Assembly (NCBI GenBank): GCA_038851075.1
Contig: JAWCLG010000001.1
Location: 46,206 to 110,205, forward strand
DNA: 64,000 nt
DNA from: Candidatus Hadarchaeales archaeon
GTDB lineage: Archaea; Hadarchaeota; Hadarchaeia; Hadarchaeales; Hadarchaeaceae
Direction of reading: 5' to 3'
Within the stretch, counting starts at the first letter, position 1; each line of letters begins with the position of its first letter. The translations under genes and the position numbers were made by a program. Shown one piece after another: positions 17,568 through 24,580 of this stretch. Below the pieces are notes generated by a model. That model had not been told where the DNA came from and made no database searches. It saw nothing but the letters and a program-made list of their open reading frames with translations.

Positions 17568-19547
17568 CTACCTGATCCCAACTGTTATCAACGTCAGCAG
17601 AAAGCTCGTGATTGTGAAAATTGCGGCCGAAGACAGGGATGATTTTAACACGGCTGACCACATTTCAACCCTATCCGGACCTGCGCGGATCCTCGCAATA
17701 TAAGACGCCACTATCATCCCGAGTAATACCGCGGTAGCACCCATGAGAAAACGCAGTATCGCCAGATCCCCCTGTGCCATTACCCCAAAAAGGAAAGGCA
17801 TGCCCGTCACACCGGCTGCTGAAGCCTGGGCCGCCACCCTCATGCTGAGCCCCGCCATGAAGTCCATAACCCACACAGACATTGCGCATACCACTGGAAT
17901 CAGTACCACCGCAACCAACCACAGATTGCCCAGCGCCTCGCCGATCCTCTCTCTGAAGTTTCTCTCAACCCTGTGAAGCGTTCTCAAGAACTCAGCGGCG
18001 GTCATGCAGGCGCGCCCTGCCGCCAGCTCGCTGTCGCTCCTGATCCTGGATATCGTCGAGATGAAGCTCTCAATCAGCCAGTTGCCTCTCTTTTTGTTCC
18101 CTCTTCCGAATATGGACTCCTTCAGCCCCATCCCGTACCTCTCCATCTTAGCGCTCGCTGACTTTAACTGGGCTGACAGCGGGGAACCTTCCATCAGCGC
18201 CCCTGCTTCGGCCATTGCGCTTGAGACCGGCTTTCCGTCCAGCATTCTGGAGCCCATTGTGTTAAGCGCGTTGCTCCAGTCCTCCATCATCCTTCTCTCC
18301 TCATCACGCACCTTCCTTCGCGTGGAGGAGTAAAGGTATCCGTATGTTGCCAGGGCAGCCGCAAGAGCCCATACAAACCACATCGTGTTGAGGCTGCCCG
18401 CTACCAATCCTATAATTCCCTCACTCCATCCCATAAAGTGCAGTATGCCCGGGATTGAAAGCGCAAGAAAGACGATCGCGGTGGGGACTATCACCGGGAC
18501 CTTTCTGGAGAAGATAAAGCACTTTCCGGGAGGAGGCAGCCGGGGATCGTCCTCCGGCGGCTCAGGAGCGTGTATCGTGGCCGGCCTCCCCTTTGACATG
18601 TAGGCCGTGAATGCCCAGAATGCAAGTACCAGCAACGAACACATGAGAACGAAGAACTTTATGTCAAGTACCGATGTTCCTATCATCCCAAAAACCGGAG
18701 ATAGCCCGATGACCCCAATTATGGCAAGGGAGCTGAAAGTCAGGAAGGCGAGCGTTGGCATTATCAGGCCCCCGAGCTTTCTTGTCAGCTGTTCCTCCGC
18801 ACCCTCCAGCACTCTTGAAGGTGCCCTCGAAATATCCGCCAGGCGGGCCGACTCATCCTTTGTGCCGGTCGACCTCAGAAGGTCGAAAATCGCCTGTCTC
18901 GTGCTCTCATCGATCTCCCCCCACTCATTGGCTATGACCGTGAGGAGGTGTCTGACCGTGTCGTACTTCCTTCTCTCATCAAGGTCCAGCAGTCCCCTCT
19001 GGAGGTCCTCGGCGAGTCTGCCCTCAGTTGAATCCGCAGCCTGAACCACCGCGCTCCTCAAATCAGGACGGTGGTAGAGTGAAAAACTTAGGAGCATTAC
19101 CGTAAGCACCGCTTTGCCCTGAGCATCCGCCCTTCTGGATGCAGCAACCGATGAGGGATACACCTGAACAGCCATGAAAGCGAAGGCGCCCAGCAGTATT
19201 CCTGAAAGCGGGAGATAAAATGCGGTGAAGGGATCCGAGCCGGTAAACCAAATGGCGATCCAGAGTCCGATGAAAAGCAGGATCGGGACCGCCAGCGCGA
19301 GCACGCTGCCGCCAAGCCACTGCTCGGGCGTGAGATCTAGACCCGCCTCTCTAAGCTCCCTCCTTGACCTCTCGCTGATTTTGGACCCCTTCACGAGCCA
19401 TCCGAAAATCCTTCCCCCGGCATCACAGAACCTCTCATAGCGCGCCCGTTTCTTTTTCACAAGGCGCTCCACCAAAGAGCGCACATCGGCTGGAACCGGA
19501 AAAGCCTCTGGAATAGGCTTCAGGCTTTTTTCAGCCAATTTCGCCAC
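17568..19547 (-). CDS. Polytopic membrane platform protein, FlaJ/TadC (T2SSF)-like
   Basis: 659 aa. It contains two repeats of a cytosolic helical domain followed by TM helices, the architecture of type II/IV secretion F-family platform proteins. It sits directly downstream of the secretion ATPase and overlaps it. The start is either GTG at 19547 or TTG at 19538, and GGAGGAG lies 8 nt upstream of the TTG. Confidence 0.55.
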   Translation of the reverse strand: MAKLAEKSLKPIPEAFPVPADVRSLVERLVKKKRARYERFCDAGGRIFGWLVKGSKISERSRRELREAGLDLTPEQWLGGSVLALAVPILLFIGLWIAIWFTGSDPFTAFYLPLSGILLGAFAFMAVQVYPSSVAASRRADAQGKAVLTVMLLSFSLYHRPDLRSAVVQAADSTEGRLAEDLQRGLLDLDERRKYDTVRHLLTVIANEWGEIDESTRQAIFDLLRSTGTKDESARLADISRAPSRVLEGAEEQLTRKLGGLIMPTLAFLTFSSLAIIGVIGLSPVFGMIGTSVLDIKFFVLMCSLLVLAFWAFTAYMSKGRPATIHAPEPPEDDPRLPPPGKCFIFSRKVPVIVPTAIVFLALSIPGILHFMGWSEGIIGLVAGSLNTMWFVWALAAALATYGYLYSSTRRKVRDEERRMMEDWSNALNTMGSRMLDGKPVSSAMAEAGALMEGSPLSAQLKSASAKMERYGMGLKESIFGRGNKKRGNWLIESFISTISRIRSDSELAAGRACMTAAEFLRTLHRVERNFRERIGEALGNLWLVAVVLIPVVCAMSVWVMDFMAGLSMRVAAQASAAGVTGMPFLFGVMAQGDLAILRFLMGATAVLLGMIVASYIARIRAGPDRVEMWSAVLKSSLSSAAIFTITSFLLTLITVGIR

Positions 19548-21688
19548 TCCTCCATGACCTTACGATAATCCGGTGCGTTGCGCTTCACCGAGGAGAAGTA
19601 TGCGTTGTAGGCCCTGCTCACGAACGGAAGCTCCAAGAACCCGGGATTCTCGGATTTTCTGGCAAGCATTAGAATGTCGGACTTCATCTTCGCCTCGGTG
19701 AGTACGCCCTCTAAAAATTCTCCCTCATCCAAGGCGAGCCTCCTGCAGAGATCCGGAATGAGGTGGCTGCCTCCGTTTTCAGGCGGTAGAAACTCCAGAT
19801 TTCTAACAGCATCCTCAAGACTGAACTTTGAGAGATCCTGTGAATTTGCGTGCTCAATCGTCCTCCTGTTTCCCTTGAACAGGTTCCTGGGCTCCAGAAC
19901 GTCCTCCTTCCTGTTGTCGGAGAACATTTCGACGTACTCAGGCCTGTCGCTCCAGTCCTTAAGCACCTCAGATACCTCAACTATCCTTCTGACGGTTCCT
20001 GAGCGGGAGGTGAACCTTGCGGTGCTCACGATTAAGTCTACGTACTTGAAAGCCGCCTGATGCAGACCCATTATATGAACTATAAGGTCAAACATCTCGC
20101 GCTTGCTTCTCGAGTGAAAGCTCGCGACCACGGGTTGCGAGCCCTGCCTGGCTGCGGCGCCGAGCGCGGCTCTCACGGCCTCTGCCGCCCTGACCTCGGT
20201 GATCAGCCAGTAGCTCGCCCCTCCTCTCAGGAACGCGTTCACCTGCCGCTCAAGGTGCTCCGGATCCGAGACCCTCACATTCGCAAGCTTGTACCCCGAT
20301 CTTACGAACTCATCAACGTGAAGCTCCTCGGTGTCCTGAAATGCCACAATTCTGTTATCGGAACCAATCTCCGGGATGTAGGTTTCGAGCTGTGAGGTCT
20401 TTGCCGTTCCCATCTCGCCAATTACGAACGCGCTGGAGCCGAGCCTCAGCAGATTACCAAGCATGGAGCTGGCGAGAGGCGTCAGCGTGCCGCGGTCGAG
20501 GAAGAGAGGCTGGGTCCATGGAGTGGATCGCCTTCTCCTGATCGCCATCTCAACGCTCCTGGGCCATATCGCCGGGTGACGGCTGAGGAAAAGCCTCATC
20601 CCGAGCTCCGGGATCTCAGCGTCAAGCTGCGGATGTATTTCGTCAAAAGCGGTCCCGAGCCTGGAAGCCAGAGTCTCCCCGAGCCCTAGCAGTGAGGGCG
20701 TGGTGAGGTATATCCCTGTCTCCAGCTTACCCCAGCGCTCGTGATCAACCACAACCGGCTGCATCTCCGGAGGCGCGTGCACATATATGTCCGTGATCCT
20801 GTCGTCATGGGAAAGAGGCTCAAGTGCCCTGTAGGTGAGCCAGTTTGCCATCGTGCGTGCAAGATCTCTCACCTCTTCCGTTGAAACCCTTTTATCACCT
20901 CCCTCGAGCATCTGCATGAGCGCGGCGTACCACTCCTCCGCAAAAGAGCGTATCGCACCGGAACGGGCGAATCTGGCGTGTCCTGGTGCCTCGTCCACCT
21001 CAACGCGGAACGCCCTGTACAGGAGGGAGAGCTGCTCCTGCGGAATCCCAAATTCCGGAAGGTTAACGCTGTAGAATGGAACCGGATTATCCTCCCTCTC
21101 GTATATCTCCACGCTTCCCCTTCCACCTGGCAATTTGTAGCTGTCGATAACCGTTGCGTTGCGCGGTGGCGGGTGCCAGAGTCCATCTACGAAGAAAGGC
21201 TTCGCTCTGACCTCGAAGAATCTGTCATAACCGTCCTCCGACACCCTCTTCAGTCCCTTTATCTCTCCCAGATGTCCTTCAACGGTCTCCATCGCTTCCT
21301 TGAAGATCCCCTCACCGCGTTTTCCGTACACCTTTGTGAAAGAGCGCTTCACATCCCTGATCGTCTTCTCGTCCGCCCCGCTCGGATTCTCCATTATCGC
21401 TCTGAACAGTCCCTCCACCGCCTCCAGCTCCTTTTCATCCAGATCCAGGCTCTTCCTGCCCTCAACATGCAACAGGGCATCCACTACGGCACGTTTTGCG
21501 GCTGCCATCGCGGTGGCGAGCCTCGATAGCTCGATCGAAGTATAGGTTCTCGTGATTTCCCTTCCGATGGTTACCCGGTCAAAATCTCCCTCACCCGCGA
21601 GCCGGCTTAGAACGCATGCCCTGCATCCCGGATTATCAAGCGAGCTAGGACCTTCGCACCCAAAACAGTCGAACTCAGCCACCCGCAC
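19520..21688 (-). CDS. Type II/IV secretion family ATPase (FlaI/VirB11/GspE superfamily) with an extra N-terminal Cys4 domain
   Basis: 722 aa. The FlaI-like N-domain is IDSYKLPGGRGSVEIYEREDNPVPFYSVNLPEFGIPQEQL. The P-loop is FVIGEMGTAKTS, followed by RIVAFQDTEEL, WLITEVRAAEA and the His box VASFHSRS. The N-terminal ~180 aa are additional and begin with CFGC-x11-CRAC. Confidence 0.8.
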   Translation of the reverse strand: MRVAEFDCFGCEGPSSLDNPGCRACVLSRLAGEGDFDRVTIGREITRTYTSIELSRLATAMAAAKRAVVDALLHVEGRKSLDLDEKELEAVEGLFRAIMENPSGADEKTIRDVKRSFTKVYGKRGEGIFKEAMETVEGHLGEIKGLKRVSEDGYDRFFEVRAKPFFVDGLWHPPPRNATVIDSYKLPGGRGSVEIYEREDNPVPFYSVNLPEFGIPQEQLSLLYRAFRVEVDEAPGHARFARSGAIRSFAEEWYAALMQMLEGGDKRVSTEEVRDLARTMANWLTYRALEPLSHDDRITDIYVHAPPEMQPVVVDHERWGKLETGIYLTTPSLLGLGETLASRLGTAFDEIHPQLDAEIPELGMRLFLSRHPAIWPRSVEMAIRRRRSTPWTQPLFLDRGTLTPLASSMLGNLLRLGSSAFVIGEMGTAKTSQLETYIPEIGSDNRIVAFQDTEELHVDEFVRSGYKLANVRVSDPEHLERQVNAFLRGGASYWLITEVRAAEAVRAALGAAARQGSQPVVASFHSRSKREMFDLIVHIMGLHQAAFKYVDLIVSTARFTSRSGTVRRIVEVSEVLKDWSDRPEYVEMFSDNRKEDVLEPRNLFKGNRRTIEHANSQDLSKFSLEDAVRNLEFLPPENGGSHLIPDLCRRLALDEGEFLEGVLTEAKMKSDILMLARKSENPGFLELPFVSRAYNAYFSSVKRNAPDYRKVMEEWRNWLKKA

Positions 21689-21822
21689 CGGACCCAGTGA
21701 CCTTATCTCAAAGCTAGCCGGACCCCACAGGTTAATCCCGTGTTATTTATCCACCACACCATAAAAAAATGGTGCATAAGCAAAAGTCTCATAAATCGGA
21801 CGTGTTCAGATGAAGTGGTGAA

Positions 21823-22434
21823 ATGCTGAAGATATGCGTGATAGGAATCCAGGGGGCTGTTTCGGAGCATATCACTGCCGCGCGGGAAGCCATGAAAAAA
21901 CTTGGAATGAAAGGCGAAGTCATCTGGGCAGAAGATCCGCACGACTTCGACGGGGCTGACGGCGCTATAATTCCTGGAGGGGAAAGCACGACAATAGGGA
22001 AACTGATGTTGAAAACCGGGACCTTCAATGTACTGCAGGAGCTTGGAGCTTCTGGTTTTCCGATCATGGGGACGTGCGCCGGAATGATACTTCTATCCAA
22101 AAAAGGTGATGAAAGCGTGGAGAGGACCGGTCAGCCGCTCCTGGGCCTTATGGACATTGAGGTCATCAGGAACGCTTTCGGAAGGCAGAGGGAATCGTTT
22201 GAAGCAGATATCGAGATACCGATACTGGGCGATGAACCCTTTCCGTGTGTTTTCATACGCGCACCCGTGATCAGAAAAATATGGGGAGATGCCAGGGTAA
22301 TCGCGGAGTTCCGGGGAAAAATAGTTGGGGCCGAGCAGAAGAACATGATAGCGGTTGCCTTTCATCCGGAGTTGACAGCGGACACCAGACTGCACGAATA
22401 CTTCCTGAAAAAGTGCGTGGAGCAAAAGAGATAA
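21823..22434 (+). CDS. pdxT: Pyridoxal 5'-phosphate synthase glutaminase subunit PdxT
   Basis: 203 aa with MLKICVIGIQGAVSEH, IIPGGESTT, the catalytic GTCAGMILL and AFHPELT. Confidence 0.85.
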   Translation: MLKICVIGIQGAVSEHITAAREAMKKLGMKGEVIWAEDPHDFDGADGAIIPGGESTTIGKLMLKTGTFNVLQELGASGFPIMGTCAGMILLSKKGDESVERTGQPLLGLMDIEVIRNAFGRQRESFEADIEIPILGDEPFPCVFIRAPVIRKIWGDARVIAEFRGKIVGAEQKNMIAVAFHPELTADTRLHEYFLKKCVEQKR

Positions 22435-22463
22435 TAGCGCTCCTCTACCCTCATAAGATTGGT

Positions 22464-22551
22464 GGGCCCATAGCTCAGTGGTAGAGCGCTGGCTTCGCAT
22501 GTTTTCCGGAAAAGCCAGAGGCCGCGGGTTCGAGTCCCGCTGGGTCCACCA
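22464..22551 (+). tRNA. tRNA-Ala (anticodon CGC) with a 13-nt intron after position 37 and an encoded CCA
   Basis: I folded the cloverleaf by hand. The acceptor stem is GGGCCCA/TGGGTCC with G3:U70 (the Ala identity pair). The D arm is GCTC-AGTGGTA-GAGC, the anticodon stem is CTGGC/GCCAG and the loop is TTCGCA..A (anticodon 22496-22498). The intron at 22500-22512 is TGTTTTCCGGAAA. The T arm is GCGGG-TTCGAGT-CCCGC, followed by A73 and CCA. Confidence 0.8.
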
Positions 22552-22574
22552 TTTTAGATATTTTCATCTGAGAT

Positions 22575-23690
22575 CTACTGCCGTTTGGACATCTGCGTCC
22601 AGTTGTAGTTCGTTTCCAGATCCACGTTGGGATTGAAAAGCGAGCTGTTCGTCAGTATGTAATCGCCCTGCCCGTTTGTCCACGCATAATCGTAACCGTT
22701 TGGCAGTTCCACCGACGGGTGGTCACCCGTGCCGAATTCCACAATCCCCGGGGTTGGGTCATATGCTTCCACCCCTCGAATCACCTCACTCCACTCCATT
22801 GATATTTTTTCCATTGTCGCTTCCTGGTTTGAAAAAGTTGTATCTATTATCCTGGCGACCTCATTCTGCATTTGCACAACGGCCTGATGCCTCTCCATTA
22901 TCCCCTCGAGGAACCGCTGCCAGATGTTCACCAAAAGACTGGAGTAATTATCAAGCCATTCCTGATTCCACCTGAAGGAATTTAGAACGCTCATCAGCAC
23001 CCTCGCATTTTCTCGAGTGATCTCTCCCTCTGCCCGGAGAGACCATATGCCGCACGCGTACCAGAAAGTGCTGGTCATTCTCACACCCATGCTCTGCTCC
23101 ATCTCCGGCGTCGTTCTAAATGTATCAACCAGAATAACTGTCCATATCTCCTCCTCCACATTCTCACCGTTTTCTAGGTAGGACACCCTCAACCCGGCAG
23201 CATCGACTGCAACCTCCTCCAAAAACGCCACCTCGGGACGCTGGGACATCAAGTTTTCGATCTGTCTGATGAGGTCGCTGTCACTCAGCTGCATTTCGCT
23301 GACAACCCTGAGCCCGATGATGCCTGGACGATACCTCGGAATCACTATTTCTGATATGTAATCTGTCGGGTTCATTGGCTGAGACATTCCGTATCCCTGA
23401 TACTGCGCTGCGTACATTGCCCGCAGTTCCGGACCATAATCGTATGGTATTAAAAGACCGATGCCTTCCACCCAAAAATACGCCTCGTCTGGAAATACTT
23501 CCAACCTCAGACCCTCCGGCCCGCTAATCCTGAAGTCCAATGATGCAGGCAGAAGCGGTCTGTCCGCGCGCCAGGTTATTCCACCGCTGAGCTCCCACCC
23601 AAGGGGAACGATCACGCTGAAGGCCTCGAGATTCGTGCGTTCCTCGTCGATTACCTCTTCAGTTTTAAGGTATAGGCAGGCCGCGGTCAA
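22575..23690 (-). CDS. Hypothetical protein of unknown function (Trp-rich, probably extracytoplasmic)
   Basis: 371 aa as listed in the track, with a TTG start. I recognised no motif. The same frame continues upstream through a single TGA into an ATG-initiated signal-anchor (see 23730-23819). Confidence 0.5.
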   Translation of the reverse strand: MTAACLYLKTEEVIDEERTNLEAFSVIVPLGWELSGGITWRADRPLLPASLDFRISGPEGLRLEVFPDEAYFWVEGIGLLIPYDYGPELRAMYAAQYQGYGMSQPMNPTDYISEIVIPRYRPGIIGLRVVSEMQLSDSDLIRQIENLMSQRPEVAFLEEVAVDAAGLRVSYLENGENVEEEIWTVILVDTFRTTPEMEQSMGVRMTSTFWYACGIWSLRAEGEITRENARVLMSVLNSFRWNQEWLDNYSSLLVNIWQRFLEGIMERHQAVVQMQNEVARIIDTTFSNQEATMEKISMEWSEVIRGVEAYDPTPGIVEFGTGDHPSVELPNGYDYAWTNGQGDYILTNSSLFNPNVDLETNYNWTQMSKRQ

Positions 23691-23729
23691 TGCTCCCCCG
23701 TCCTGCTGTGTTCCGCCGCCGCGTTCGCC

Positions 23730-23819
23730 TCAGGAGCCCGACAGAAAAATCGCGGCTGCGGCAACTCCGACTATAACCACAACAACTATAAAAATCGCCA
23801 AGGCGGCCCCGATCCTCAT
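23730..23819 (-). pseudogene. N-terminal signal-anchor fragment in frame with 22575-23690, cut off by one TGA (a disrupted gene or a recoding candidate)
   Basis: My own translation from ATG 23819 gives MRIGAALAIFIVVVVIVGVAAAAIFLSGS, then TGA (23732-23730). The same frame continues GERGGGTQQDGGA-L(TTG)-TAACLYLK... into the 371-aa ORF. Confidence 0.45.
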
Positions 23820-24015
23820 TTGAGCGTGCCTCAAGCTCTCCGCATTAACCTGAACTTTTTCTAGATATATATTTCAGAGGGATGGAGGCCATCCACCCAT
23901 CACTTTATAAGCATCATATTCCGAATAAGGAAAGAGCACAACTGGCTTTTTGAAAAGCCTGAGAAACAGGGAACTGTTCCTCGAGTTGTGTGAAAAAGAA
24001 AAGGAGAGTTAGAAA

Positions 24016-24189
24016 ATGGCGTATGGAAGATTCGGTAGGCCGAGAAGGTTTGGACCACGCGAAATGCACAAAGCCGTCTGTTCGGATTGCGGTGCAGAGT
24101 GTGAGGTCCCGTTCAAGCCGACCGAGGGAAGACCCGTGTACTGCCAGACCTGCTGGCAGAAGCACAGGACATCCAGATCAGGTCCTTGA
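24016..24189 (+). CDS. Small zinc-ribbon protein, CxxC-x17-CxxC family
   Basis: 57 aa, below the ORF-track cutoff. The sequence is MAYGRFGRPRRFGPREMHKAVCSDCGAECEVPFKPTEGRPVYCQTCWQKHRTSRSGP. The REMHKAxCSDCG...VPF.P...RPVYC..C pattern matches the widespread CxxC-x17-CxxC domain family. AAGGAGAG lies 7 nt upstream of the ATG. Confidence 0.65.
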   Translation: MAYGRFGRPRRFGPREMHKAVCSDCGAECEVPFKPTEGRPVYCQTCWQKHRTSRSGP

Positions 24190-24217
24190 ATATGCGGATC
24201 TATCTCGGGTGATTAGT

Positions 24218-24261
24218 GGCCGCTGAAACGCAAAAGGAGCGGCCTTCAATTTTTAATTTTT
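24218..24261 (+). terminator. Hairpin plus T-rich tract downstream of the zinc-ribbon gene
   Basis: GGCCGCT (24218-24224) pairs with AGCGGCC (24238-24244) across a 13-nt loop. It is followed by ttcaatttttaattttt. Confidence 0.35.
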
Positions 24262-24304
24262 AGTTAATCTTAAATGAGGCTGCGGTTAAGTAGGTGGGGT
24301 GAAC

Positions 24305-24580
24305 ATGAGAGGATGGTTGATACTCGGAGCAATATGCGTGTTTGTCGTCATATTGCCCATAATTGCGCTCGGAGGATATTTCGGGGACATTGCAAGAACA
24401 GTGGGGCAGGTAGTACTCACCGTTGTCCTGCTTGGTCTTCTGGTCGCAACCGGCGCTTTTGGATACATATGCATCAGGGCACAGGCTGCCAAATGGGGCG
24501 CGGGACTGGTGCTGATAGCGGTGCTGTGCCTTCTTGCGGTATTTTGGATATGGACGGGCAGGATACTGCTGGTCATCTGA
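24305..24580 (+). CDS. Small hypothetical membrane protein (3 TM helices)
   Basis: The sequence MRGWLILGAICVFVVILPIIALGGYF...VVLTVVLLGLLVATGAFGYICI...LVLIAVLCLLAVFWIW is strongly hydrophobic and helix-like. The track start at 24299 is a GTG two codons upstream. Confidence 0.4.
   Translation: MRGWLILGAICVFVVILPIIALGGYFGDIARTVGQVVLTVVLLGLLVATGAFGYICIRAQAAKWGAGLVLIAVLCLLAVFWIWTGRILLVI

Noticed and set aside
23730-23732. The in-frame TGA read as selenocysteine or as a reassigned sense codon
   Set aside because: TGA is used as an ordinary stop by many neighbouring genes, for example nfnA, proA, the secretion ATPase and the ORF at 319-705. I could not identify a SECIS-like hairpin nearby. A nonsense mutation or sequence error is more parsimonious, and the observation is kept as a finding.
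23990-24226. A 78-aa ORF from the track (MKKKRRVRKWRMEDSVGREG...)
   Set aside because: It is an Arg/Ser/Pro-rich shadow frame. The overlapping 57-aa frame (24016-24189) has an SD and a precisely spaced CxxC-x17-CxxC motif, and it is the credible gene.
22464-24580. The region next to the tRNA gene as an integrated mobile element
   Set aside because: I saw no integrase, no recombinase and no direct repeat of the tRNA 3' end. The region holds only a hypothetical gene, a zinc-ribbon micro-gene and a small membrane protein.
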